A stretch of 64,000 nucleotides of DNA from Octopus sinensis. Lineage: Eukaryota. The translations under genes were made by a program, and so were the position numbers. The DNA lies in assembly GCF_006345805.1 (NCBI RefSeq), contig NC_042999.1, positions 30,132,001 to 30,196,000 on the forward strand. The letters are read 5' to 3'. Each line of letters begins with the position of its first letter. The first letter of the stretch is position 1. The notes under the pieces were generated by a model, which worked only from the letters and a program-made list of their open reading frames with translations, was not told the origin of the DNA and ran no database searches. Shown one piece after another: positions 13,938-26,061 of the stretch.

Positions 13938-14022
13938 CGGTTTTTTTGACTATTTATTAAACTTTTATGTATTGATTAAGGCTTTCCTTGTTTGTTTTGC
14001 AAAATAGTGGTTTTGTCTCTAA

Positions 14023-14054
<32 letters not shown>

Positions 14055-15399
14055 CATCCATACACACACGCATATATATATAGTACATAGGCGCAATATA
14101 TGAGTTACGCGTATACAAACGTAGTGTTGGTTTTTTCTATATACATAAAGATATTCGTTGATTTCCTATAAATAAGCTGAATTTATAGAATACACCGCAG
14201 ATTAAAAAAAAAGATTTAATTTAAATCAGACATTGGAATTATAAAGATTTTGTTCTATTTATTCATATCAAATATTGTAATTTAGATTGTAAACGTATTT
14301 AGTAGGTACACCAGGATTTGGCTTAGAAGCCTCGTTGGTTCATTAAGATACGATTATACTGCAGTAAATAACATATTTAAAGCGAAGCAGCGATATACAC
14401 ATACACATAAATAACACGTCAAATAATACGTACTTTTGTGTACTTACCAATAGTATATATGCATGTGGGCGTGCGTGTGAGCGTCGAGGAACACACACAC
14501 ACATCCGCACACAACGCTAGTCGTAGAGTCAAGAAGAAAAAGAGATGGCCTAATGTATTTATACGACTATATTGATGTTGAACAAATTTCATCGAGACTA
14601 GTAATCAGGTAATTTTGACCATCGAAACAAATTGTCTTATTTAGTAGTGAATATATATCAAGCTAAACAGCAAACATATATGAAATTAAATCAATATATG
14701 ATAGAGAAAACTCTCTATAATTTAGAAACCTTTGATGTAAGAGGCAGATGGCTGTATATGCAGGAGTGGGTATACAATGATAGAGAATTAGCTAATTAGA
14801 TATATCTATATTTGATCATTACACTCACTGTCTGGCTAATATTGGCTCGCATAAACACATAATCAGTTATTTAGCTATTTAGTTCTTTGGTTATTTCTAA
14901 GAATCGCTAGTTCTAAGCATTCTGCAACACCACTCTCAATTATGGTATTGTGTGTTGTTTACTGCTTCTAGATATAGATTACTGTGTTATGTATTGTGTG
15001 TTAATAAGTGGACTTGGTCAATGGCCGATATTCTCAATATATTTTATCATGATTAATTACCAGGTGAAAATGTCTAGTTTGGCAAATGGGAGAGGCATTT
15101 AGCTTTTTTTGCTATTAAAAAGTCATGGCATACCTAGATGTATAACTAATTTCATAAAGAAAGGAATAATAGGTCGCCTCCAATGGCTATATTTTAAATG
15201 ACTATGCATTCAAAATTTCATATTTATTATTCATTCTATGGTAATCTGTACAGCTTCGTAAATTACTGTGCAAGATATTTCTAACGTCTATATGTCTGTG
15301 GGAGATGGAGGTGCGTGCGTAGGTATGTGTGTGCGTGTTTGTGTGTCAGTGTGTAGGCATTTCTCTCTCTCTATCACTCTGTATATATATATATATCTA

Positions 15400-15688
15400 T
15401 ATATCTATAACATTCGCAGGCTGCAATAGGCAGTATATAGGCCATACAAAAAATAGCTTACGTAACAGGATGGCGGTGCATAAATCACAAATTAGAAACC
15501 CTGATTACCGCAAAATACCGGTCAGCGGACACATAGATAGATGTGCTGGAAATGTAAATCCGAAATTTACAACTAACCCACTCTATAAATTCAGTGACAA
15601 CGCAACCTTCACACAACGCCAAAATAAAGAACTATATTTCATAAAAAAATTTAGACCAAGTTTAAACACCCTGGGCCAAGAATACTAA
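15400..15688 (+). pseudogene. GIY-YIG endonuclease domain of a Penelope-like element
   Basis: GCNRQYIGHTKNSLRNRMAVHKSQI..VSGHI..QRQNKELYFIKKFRPSLN: YIG.T, R..H and KE..FI....P.LN motifs. Confidence 0.8.
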
Positions 15689-15854
15689 AACAAAAGATAA
15701 GTCCTCCGAAAAGGAGAAGCAAAATTCCACCACGGCCGATACTTTAAACAGACACTCGCTCTGACGGAAATATGCCTTAGTAAAAAAGGGAAAAAATTTC
15801 TTTCGTGCAAATCTGACCCTGATACATACGATACAACTAAGGGTCAGACCCGAT

Positions 15855-16230
15855 TCTGATTGGTCAACAAGTTGATGACGTCTAGCTCTGCTAGAATGGA
15901 CAGGATACAAACAGGGGACAGTCATTAGTCAGAATATTGATGACGTCATTTTCTGCTTGACTAGTCACCTAACAAGTACAGACAGGGGGCAGATCTAATG
16001 TAGCTATAAGTCGTGATTGGGCAGAATCTGGATGACGTCCCGTTCTGCTTGAATAACGAAGCGACTGGTCAAAACAGGAAACAAACAAGAGGCAGTTATA
16101 ATGCAGCGATTGGTCAAAATAATGATGACGTCCCGTTCTGCTTGACTAAAGCCACCTAACGAAAAAATTGGTCAAAACGTTGATGACGTCACGCTACGCT
16201 GGATTGACCACCTAACAGGCATTATAAAAC
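15855..16230 (+). promoter_or_regulatory. Promoter-like array of CRE/ATF sites, inverted CCAAT boxes and a TATA box in the PLE terminal region
   Basis: TGACGTC at 15876, 15941 (TGACGTCA), 16033, 16126 and 16184 (TGACGTCA); ATTGG at 15859, 16016, 16109 and 16167; TATAAAA at 16223. Confidence 0.5.
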
Positions 16231-16667
16231 CGAGCACTTCACAAAACCCACTAGAACCACCCAGCGAACATCCACCATGGGTCATCACAATTGCTTAGGT
16301 AAAAATGAATTCCTCGCTCTTTCGGAAACATCAATCTTCTGTATTGACCGCTTTCCACCACTTTGATCTGTTTTTTGTATTGAATACGTATCGCCACCGT
16401 GGGCCACTGCATCGAACACTTTGAACATATACTTCAAACTATATATCAACAATACATGAACTATATATCAACTATACATGAACTCTAAGATGTCTGACTC
16501 CGTTGTGTATTATAAATGAATTTCTTGTGTTTGACGGCATGAGCTGTCTTTTTATATATATAACTTTTTTGATAAGGTTCATTTCAGGAACTGAAACATG
16601 TTATAATGTATATATAAAAATTAAAAATTGTATAATACAGCAGCATTTTCGAACTTCATTTTTTACA

Positions 16668-16786
<119 letters not shown>

Positions 16787-16829
16787 GGGTGTATGTATGT
16801 ATATGTATATACATTCCATCCTTTTATAC

Positions 16830-16960
16830 TTTTAATCATTTGGATGCGGCTGTGCTGGAGCACTACTTTTAGTCGAACATATCGACCCAAAGATTTATTC
16901 TTTGTAAGCTTAATACTTATCCTATCAGCCTCTTGTACCGAGTTGCTATGTTACGCGCCC
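16830..16960 (-). mobile_element. SINE family A 3' body remnant
   Basis: gctggagcac..ttagtcgaa..atcgaccc..ttattctttgtaagc matches 25640-25720. Confidence 0.6.
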
Positions 16961-18279
16961 TTCTTATTTATTTTATCACATTATTAACTTAAGTATTTAC
17001 AATTTATTAACTTATAATTAATTTAATTTCGGTTATTTACTTATATACAATTGTATTAGTAAGTCCCCCATTGATATTATTTAATGCCAAATATTGTTAA
17101 TTATTACATTTGTTATCTATGTGTCCACGGTTGCTTAAAAGTATATTTATATATAAGTACTTTGAATGTTTTCTCGCGAGCCACATATGAAAATAGACGG
17201 TGCGTTTGTGTACATCTGCTGCTACACATGAGTATGTATATTTGAGTGTAATTCTATTAGTTCGTAGGTTAGGTTCCTTGAAGGATAAATATTACTATTA
17301 TAATTGGCACTGAATTTATTACGTAGTAAAGATATATATTTATACTATAAAAATTAATCTATACTTTATAACTTAGCGTACATGCGATTATAGCAAATTA
17401 CGGTGAAATCAGTAAACGTTCTGTTGACTACAGAAAAAGCGGTGTCACCTGCTGCGTGTACCCTGCGAAAATAACATTCGATGTCATGATATATAAATAT
17501 ATGTATCTTTATAACAAATATTTTATGGAAATATGTGAGTGGATCTATTTGGTTAATTTAGTGGCATGGTTGTCGTTTTGAGAGGCTGGATGGCTGCATA
17601 GCTAGGATTATACCTCTTTTATTATTTATTTATTTAGGTGTTTGACGTTGTTTGTGGATATGTATGTGTATGAGTGTATGTGTGTGTGTATACATATAAT
17701 TATGTATGTATGTGCGATTGATCTGTGGCTGTGCGTGTGCGTATGTGCGTTTCTTGACTAACTAACCGTGCAATTTCTTTTGTGATTCAAATTTTAAACT
17801 ATAAGCCAATCGAATTAATCTAGAATAATCAATATCAAGCGGACAGAATAACCAGACACATAGATATGTCGATGTCCGATGGATGTACTTGGTACAGACA
17901 TAATTGTATCTATTATTATTATTATTATTAATAGTAATTTTTATTAACTTTTACAGGTTTATAATTTTATGAACTGAACTGTGTTTTTTTATTATTTTTC
18001 ACGTATAGGTCTGATTTTAATTTAAATGTGAGTGTGCATATATTTTCCTGTGTGTTAGTTTTTAGAACTATTAGCCCAATATGTAGAATAACTGTGCTTA
18101 TTAATATATATTGATATATATTTTGTTTTATTTTGTTTTGCTTATTTTGTATTATTGTATTAATGAGTATATATATATGTGTGTAGTATTATGGGTGTCT
18201 ATGCACACGTTTTTATATTTCATATTTTTATATTTATATGTATATAAATTTTTTTTTTCACACTTATAATAAATTAAAT

Positions 18280-18391
18280 TCTCTGAAGAGGCCCTGGGGC
18301 ATCCTTGTTAATGTCTCATTTATACCTGCCTTATATGGCTTATAGGTTAAATGAGGCATGCTTTTCCCTTACTGCCGAAACAGCTGTCAGA
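18280..18391 (+). ncRNA. Type I hammerhead ribozyme motif with a large structured insertion in stem II
   Basis: tct-CTGAAGA-ggc..(~80 nt)..gcc-GAAAC-agct-GTC-aga: canonical core and GUC triplet, 3-bp stems I and II. Confidence 0.6.
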
Positions 18392-18574
18392 TATGATATA
18401 ATTACATATTATATTTTCTATTTTATATTTCTATTTCCTTGTCTAATTATATTTATAATATATTTTGTATAATGCCTTTACTGTTATGTAATGGTGTAAT
18501 AAAGTATTGATTGGGTATCATCTGATGGTTGATGTTTGATTGATTTAAGTATGTTTCTCCATTTTCTAATTTTG

Positions 18575-18622
<48 letters not shown>

Positions 18623-20339
18623 TTATATGTGTGTGTGTGTATGTATATGCATGTATGTTTGTATGCAGGTATGTACATATGTACTTATAAATATTTATTT
18701 TAATGAACGAATATTTCATTCTAAACATATTCTTCCCCATAGGAGATTTACGTTTTATCATTATAATATATAGATCAATTTTAGAAAATCGCATTTGGCT
18801 TGTTAACTGCATTATAGGATGCAATCATCCTACTCACCTAGCTGTTTCTGTTTCAGATTACCTTTCATTTCTGACTCCAATGATTTTTCTATCAACTGTC
18901 ACCCACTCAAATTATAGATATCTCAGATGCATATTCTGTTTCTGAACATCTTGAAAAAAGAGAAAGGGGAAAATTCGTTTATTTCATACCAATACTGTCT
19001 TCATTATCAGTAAAAATTAACATATACAAGTAAAAGTTATATCAAGAAACCATCACAGTTTATATATTGTGTGAACAACATCTAGCAAGAATCCGTTCGA
19101 AAATGTTAAATACTAGGCCTAACTATAAAGATTAGGCCTAACTATGCTGCCTAACTCTCTCTCCTAAATATGTTAAGCATTCCCTTAACGTACATGCCTC
19201 GGCATTCTAAAGACTGGCCCTCCTCATCAGGCAAGAGAATAACTCATTGCCAACGGTTGCTAACATGCTAGAAATCTCAGGTGGCATCCATAAAAGAATA
19301 CTGCTTGTATATATAGGACAATGCAAATGCTGGGGACTATATCCAGACAAAGGCCAATAGGTTGAAACACTTTAAACCGCTAATAAAGTCTTACTGATTC
19401 TATGACTCTTACACAAAGTCTCCTTTATACACTCGGTATTCACATGTCTTCTCACCTAATGCTATGATCGCACATGAACCACGACGCACAGTTTTTCACC
19501 CGTAGAAAATTCTCCATCAGGAGAAATTTTGGCATATAGTTAATTCTCGTGCTGACTTGCCACAGATTAAGCATATCGATAACAGAGGCAAGGCACCAGA
19601 TTGCAATGGAATATAAAATCCGGTAGCACTGCCTCTAACTACAGATTCAACAAGACAAATATGACTAAATGTTGTGTATTTGCCAATCTTCGAATCCGCC
19701 GTTTTATTTTCTTGTCATGTTATTCTAAATGTTAACAGAGTAATTGATGCTTAGATTTAATATGTTCGAGAAATACTAATATTGTTTCATATTTCCACCT
19801 TAGTTTAGCAGTGTAATCTAACTGTATGTATTCGCATCTATTTTATGTTTTTGTAGAGATTGCCTATTATTCTTTTACTACATTAATCTATATTTTCATC
19901 ATTGCTACATATCATCTTCCTGATGTGTGTATATATGTACGTAAGTGTGTGTGTCTGTGTGTGTGTGTGTACACATATACACCCACCCACCCATATCATA
20001 TATTCCATATAGTTTAATCGACGTTTTCATTTCTGTATGTTTATTCGGTCATGCGACCTATTATATCATGTAGACAATTCCAGCTTCATTCTTTCCAGAA
20101 AACTTCAAGGAAACCGGGAGAAGAAAAAAAAATACTACCTATTGCCATGGCTTAACATCTATCAATATTATCATTGCTATCATGATGTATATACAAGTCA
20201 TAAACTGACCTTGGAAATCAGGTTGCATTATATTAACTTTGTATAAGCTAATGCTGCAACTAATATTTATAAATATTCTATGAATCTATCAACGATAAAT
20301 CATGTACTATCGGATTATCTTCTCAATCATCGATTATAT

Positions 20340-20615
20340 ACATATGGAGTAAGCATTCGTCCTTATACTAATATATATTTCTTAAATTTACAATGACTTC
20401 TGGCTAAAATGCACTGTGTGTATAAACACGGCCGCGTGTGTACCGTTGGCGATTTTTTCCTCTGTATTCCCTGCTTTGGATCATTCATTTTCCTATATTT
20501 CTGACGGAGAGCTCCGCTCGAAACGTTGATTCCGCCTCTTTTCCTTCTTTCTTCAACGTCCAATAACATTATACTTGTTCCACGTCCTCGCGTTGTTGTG
20601 TTTTCGTGTTTAGAT
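20340..20615 (+). mobile_element. Short PLE-terminus-like repeat with an HHR-like motif, followed by a TA tract
   Basis: CTGACGG-A-GAGC(tcc)GCTC-GAAACGTT at 20501-20527. Same architecture as the 29554-29591 and 32730-32758 motifs. Confidence 0.5.
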
Positions 20616-20620
20616 TAATT

Positions 20621-20630
20621 TATATATATA

Positions 20631-20693
<63 letters not shown>

Positions 20694-20894
20694 TAATATA
20701 TATATGTATATATATGTATGTATATATATATATATGTACATGTATAAATATATATATTCATATATATATATGTATATGTATGAATATATATATTCATATA
20801 TATATATACGTATGTATAATATATATATCATATATATATATATGTATGTATAAGTATATATATTATATATATATAGGTATGTATAAATATATAT

Positions 20895-20949
<55 letters not shown>

Positions 20950-20957
20950 ATAATATA

Positions 20958-21023
<66 letters not shown>

Positions 21024-21060
21024 ACATATACATATATATATACGTATATATACATACATA
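20621..21060. repeat. Long degenerate (TA)n/(TATG)/(TG)n compound tract
   Basis: Direct reading. Confidence 0.95.
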
Positions 21061-21655
21061 CATGGATGCATGTGGTGTTGGTGTCTTTACGTCTCAGAAA
21101 ATTCGCGATTCGGCAAGATAGATCGGGCGAATAAGTATCGCCTTTTGAAAGAAATTTGTGCTCGGGTTGCGTGCTTCTTGTGCCACAGCATGGTTATAAT
21201 CTAATAGCTAGAACAAGTTAAAGAATCAAAAAAAAAAGAATATAAAATATTGTGTATTCAAATATGTAATTATATATATATACATATATATATATATATA
21301 CCTAGCAGATCAATTGGACTTTGGTTTGATAGCTTTTAATTTAATACAAAACATTGCAAAATATTACGGCCGTTTTCGCATCCGGTGCCGATTAATATTT
21401 ACAAATAATTGCGAAAATAAAGTTCTTTCTCTTCATAGGAAGTCCAATTGTTAATATGAGTATGTTTCAATATTCTGACTGTTTATATTTGCTTCATGAT
21501 TATATTTGCTTTTATTTATTCTGTTGTTACTTATACTCTACGAGCATAGTCTGCCTGCGTAACCTTGCCCAGAGATTATGTGGGGAACGGATACCGATAG
21601 TATATACGGATAATTTATCCCTTAATCGGTTCTTCTAACCGGTAACTCTGCTTAT

Positions 21656-21776
<121 letters not shown>

Positions 21777-22719
21777 GTTGCTTATAATTAGACTGATATA
21801 GCCAGCAACAACACGAATAAATATCAGCTCCTACAACAGTAAGTTTCGCATAAACCAGTGTATAATAATTTTAAGAATGGCTTTATGTATTCATGTATTA
21901 TGTTTACCTTCAACAATTGTTTTGAGCAATTATAAGTTATGTGAACGATGGCGACTAAAATATTTCTGAGATTCGGAATTATATATGATTAATGAACAAA
22001 ATGAATATTACACCTATAACCTATAATATCTTGCTAGAAGCATAGTAATCGAGGAATTTGTTTTTAATTTAGATTTTTTATCTTTTCCATTGCTGTGAAT
22101 TAAAAAAAAAATACTTCTCCACTATGATTCAGGTTCGACATATTTTCCCGGAAAGTATATCTTAAAAATATATTGCTGACTCTCAGTGACATAAATCTGA
22201 ACCCGGATGATATGCCACAGGTTTATCTAATAACTACATCTTCATTGTGAATTAATACTACTGAAAATTAAAAGTCTATGTCGATGTTAACGTAGGTTGA
22301 AGTTTATGTATAACATTATAAGAAATGGATGTGTTATGCTTATAGCAAAGCGGTATAGTGCGAGAATCATTAGCCCGCCGAAGAAAATACTTACCAGCAT
22401 TTCGTCCCTATTTGCGTTTGATGTCAGATTCTACCTAGACTGATTTTGACTTTCTTCATTTCGGGATTGATAAAACTATAACCTTTTGAATAGAGGGGTC
22501 AATGGAACTGTGGTAAACATTACTTAGAAATTGCTGGCTTTGTGTGAAAATGTGAAACTAATTTTCATATTTATCGCTGCAATACCACCTGCATGAAGGT
22601 GGCAGTAGTAGCAGAACTTTACCAGCAAATATGATATTACAATTAATATATGTATAACAATACTTTTCTTTTCTAGCATAAGAACAGAACAATGGACGTA
22701 GGCGAGGGAGACAGTAGAT

Positions 22720-22875
22720 TACAAAGATGCCTGTACTTTACTCGTAATTATTTATCGATACCAAATATATATTAGATAAAGTCGACCTCGGCGGAATATG
22801 AATACGTAAACATAGACGGAATGGTTCTAAGCATTTTGGTCAGGACGGTAATGATTTTGCTGCAACGTCGCTTTC
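22720..22875 (-). mobile_element. Decayed tRNA-derived SINE (family B); other decayed copies at ~7210-7330, 22360-22480, 36190-36370, 38040-38240, 38370-38490
   Basis: Shared core aaagtcgacctcggcggaat / atttatcgacccc with the 37683-37912 copy. Confidence 0.55.
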
Positions 22876-23049
22876 TGTTGATAATACGATTATGTGCACA
22901 AAATAACTAGATATGTTCTCTGTGATATTAACCAGTTGTTGTTCGGATTTCCGTCGCTGGAAACCACTTGATGCGACTCTCAGGCATCAGTGTGTCGATT
23001 GGTGTCATTGTGTCTAGTCGTACTGCTACGGAGTGTCTCTTTGTTTTGC

Positions 23050-23630
23050 TCTGCTTCTCATTTGTTCGCCGAATCTTGTGATGTTTGAAACGAATGGACG
23101 GCGTACTTCTGTGATTTTCTGTTTTCTGCTCGGGGAATTGACGGCCGAAAACGTTTTCATGCTTCTAACAACTTTCAAGGAGGGTGCAATAGCAAAAGCC
23201 AAGTTTACGTTTGGTTTTCACGTTTTAGGAATGGTCACCTGTCGCTTGAGAACTAAACTAGTTCGAGGTGACCGTCGACATCCCAAACAAATGAAAACGT
23301 CATGAAAATTCATGGACGGATTTTGGAGAATGATTGTCGAACTACTGCCGAATTTGTCGACATGGCTGGTGTCCGGAAGCCGCAGCCAACGATGTTTGAG
23401 CGAGGAATTGTGAATGGAGAGTTTTGCAGCATGATTTAGGCTTCACTTGCTCCTGGAAAATCAAAAGCATTCACGACTGAATGCGTGTCGTGAACTGAGA
23501 GAACGGATGGGATCTGATCCGGAACATATTTGATAGGTCATCACTGGTGACGAATGCTAATTTTACGGCTCCAACTCGGAGACGAGGCAGCAATGATGTC
23601 AAGGGAGGCATTCAATATCACCACGCCCAC
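23050..23630 (+). mobile_element. Decayed mariner transposase fragment (N-terminal HTH to first catalytic D)
   Basis: RTSVIFCFLLG..ENV.MLLT..KEGA.. and VITGDE..YG...ETRQQ..SPRP motifs across frameshifts. Confidence 0.7.
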
Positions 23631-23689
23631 CCCCACCCCCAACGGATAGATATAGCATAAATATAGCTATAAATACCTGCGGATTAACG

Positions 23690-24445
23690 AAGGAGACCGT
23701 ATAGAGTATGTTACTATGAAGGATAAGTACGAAAGGAGTATTAGAGAAGAATATTACCAATATTAAAAACTGAACTCAAATCCAAGTGTCGCATCGAAAC
23801 CATTATCATCCTTGCACTTTTAGGAGTCCAATACAGTTTTAGCATCATGAATTGGAATTTTACTGAACCTTAATGCCTAGACAAGAGGACAATATCGTCA
23901 CTAACATCTAAGGAAATGCACCACCCAAAAACAGAGATTTATCGTATGTGGGAAGTGGTGTGATGCAAGTGGAACTCTGCGATAAGAATTCCGCAATAGT
24001 AATGAAGAGGTACATATCTAGCACAGAGAAATGGATTCAGCGGCTTGTGTGCAAACGACAAAGCAGTAAAAACGTCATTCTACTATCAAGGAAGCTTGAA
24101 TATTTGGAACACTCAATTGGATAAATAACCTGAAACCACTGCCTCCAAACAAGTAAAGCAGATCAGACAGATTCGAAAAAAAGAATGAGCATGAGCAAAC
24201 TTTGGACCAATGGAGCCAGAAGATCCTGCACGGATAATATGAACTTCAAAAATAAAAATGCTGAGGTAGGACAAGCAACAACCCATCTGAGTAGTTCTAG
24301 AGTGAAAGCAGACCCTGAAGGTTCCATATTTGCCACACAGAATCAGAGATTGCTTACCAGAATCTACCATTATGAACCTAAATGCAGATTCTGCGACACA
24401 TTCAAACAAACAGTAGACCATCTCTTTTCGGAATGTAGTGTGCTG
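23690..24445 (+). mobile_element. Decayed R4/Dong LINE fragment (RT thumb to CCHC finger)
   Basis: ELKSK..QYSFSIMNW, EMHHPKTE and FATQNQRLLTR..CRFCDTFKQTVDHL..EC. Confidence 0.65.
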
Positions 24446-24449
24446 TTAC

Positions 24450-25400
24450 TTGGAGAGGAAGAAGTGATGAAATCATGAAAGCTGTTTTTTTTTTGGACAT
24501 TCTTCAGATTTAATTGTTTTCCTTGTAAAATGTTGTCTAATGCCAGGAAAGCTTGATAGTATGTTGGTGCAAGGTCTGGTGAATATGGTGGATCACAGAG
24601 TACTTCCAAGTTCAGTTCCTGTAAATTGAGTAGTGTTCTTTGTGCAACATGTGGTTGTGCATTGCCTTGCAAGAGAATTCACCTGTCGTATTGACTAATG
24701 TGGAATATTTAATTGCAACTTCACTCATCATTTCGTCCAATTGTTTGATGTATACATCTTGTGTAATTGACTTATCAGGTCTCATGAACTGTAGTGGAGA
24801 ACACCAGCGCTGGACCACCAAATACACACCTTTAATATTTTTGGTGAATATTCATTTCTGGATTGTGTTTTGGCGCTTCGTCTTTATCCAACAACCGTGC
24901 AGAAAGCTTGCTATTGGGAAAAGAATCACCATTTCATCACATAAGTGCGTTTCAAAGGACAATACAAATATGTAAGAAAAAAAAATCATCGTAATTATAA
25001 TTAAATTTATGCATTGTCATTCTCATTGTTCTGTTCGGTTGTTACCCAATTTCTCAGCTTCTTTATCTTGCCAATTTGCTTCAGGCAGTACCATACAGTT
25101 GGAATTTAAACATCAAACATTGCTGCTGACTCACGCGTAGTTTGAGATGTATCCACTTCCACTGTAGTTTCCAGCTCATTATTATCCACCTTGGTCTCAG
25201 GTCTCACACCTGACTGATTTTCAAGTGTAAAGTCACCAGAGTGGAACTGTTCGAACCATCGACGTACAGTGCGGTCATTCCCCACATCACCAAACACCTC
25301 ATTGATGTTTCGAGCTGTGTCCGATGCAGTGTTTCCACAATGGAACTCATATTCATAATCAAAACACGAATTTTGGATCTGCCCATGGGTTCACAAAAAA
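24450..25400 (-). mobile_element. Decayed mariner (D,D34D) transposon
   Basis: SKIRVL, RTVRRWFEQFHSGDFTLEN..RPETKVDNNEL (25106-25386) and NAQPHVA..EVL..PPYSPDLAPT (24370-24672). Confidence 0.85.
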
Positions 25401-25569
25401 AAAAAAATTGATTACAAGAGAAAACTCACAATATAATCAAACACCATAAACACATTTCAAAACGAGATGTTGCAAAATAAGGAATTGTCAGGAGAAAAAT
25501 TAGAGTTAACGACTGCCAAAGTTAGTGCATAAGAAAAATCGAACATTTTATTCTCAATGACCTGAGATA

Positions 25570-25817
25570 TATATATATATATTTACTCTTTACTCTTTTA
25601 CTCTTTTAATCTTTTACTTGTTTCAGTCATTTGACTGCCGTCATGCTGGAGCACCGCCTTTAGTCGAGCAAATCGACCCCGGGACTTATTCTTTGTAAGC
25701 CGAGTACTTATTCTATCAGTTTCTTTTGCCGAACCGCTAAGTGACGGGGACGTAAACAGACCAGCATCGGCTGTCAAGCAATTCTAGGGGGACAAACACA
25801 GACACACAGACACACAC

Positions 25818-25855
<38 letters not shown>

Positions 25856-25861
25856 TATACA

Positions 25862-25939
<78 letters not shown>

Positions 25940-26061
25940 CGACAGGCTTCCTTCAGTTTCCGCTCACAAGGCATTGGTCGGCCCTGGGCTATAGCAGAAG
26001 ACACTTGCACAACATGCCACGCAGTGGGACTGAACCGGAACCATGTGGTTCGTAAGCAAGC
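25570..26061 (-). mobile_element. SINE family A (tRNA head + internal TA/TG tract + body), major part; its 5' end lies at 28031-28066
   Basis: Collinear with the complete copy at 50940-51345. The head is broken at gtaagcaagc (26052-26061). Confidence 0.85.

Larger units (their letters stand above)
13627..14034. mobile_element. Penelope-like element terminal (pLTR) sequence as a head-to-head palindrome; 164-bp arms centred on 13870
   Basis: 13706-13869 is the reverse complement of 13871-14034 with one mismatch found (13846/13894). The same sequence (about 4-5 differences in 150 bp) occurs at 57401-57546 at the end of the Nematis-type element. Confidence 0.85.
15385..16667 (+). mobile_element. 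5'-truncated Penelope-like element: GIY-YIG C-terminus plus 3' UTR/pLTR, between (TA)n tracts
   Basis: GIY-YIG-like ORF segment, then a motif-repeat UTR and a degenerate HHR at 16569-16605. TA-rich tracts lie at ~15382-15405 and 16668-16783. Confidence 0.75.

Noticed and set aside
14590-14640. gatg..catc-GAGAC-tagt and GAAAC-aaatt-GTC motifs
   Set aside because: No recognisable CUGANGA core; too degenerate to call.
15855-16200. CRISPR-like repeat-spacer array
   Set aside because: Units are degenerate tandem duplications in a eukaryotic retroelement; there are no unique spacers or cas genes.
18700-19400. Hints of a Penelope thumb/GIY-YIG remnant (HPTH..YLSF, YIGQ)
   Set aside because: Only isolated short motifs in different frames.
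21361-21400. Minus-strand gca(ccgga)tgc-GAAAAC-ggcc-GTA hammerhead-like string
   Set aside because: The core matches only 3 of 7 positions and there is an extra A.
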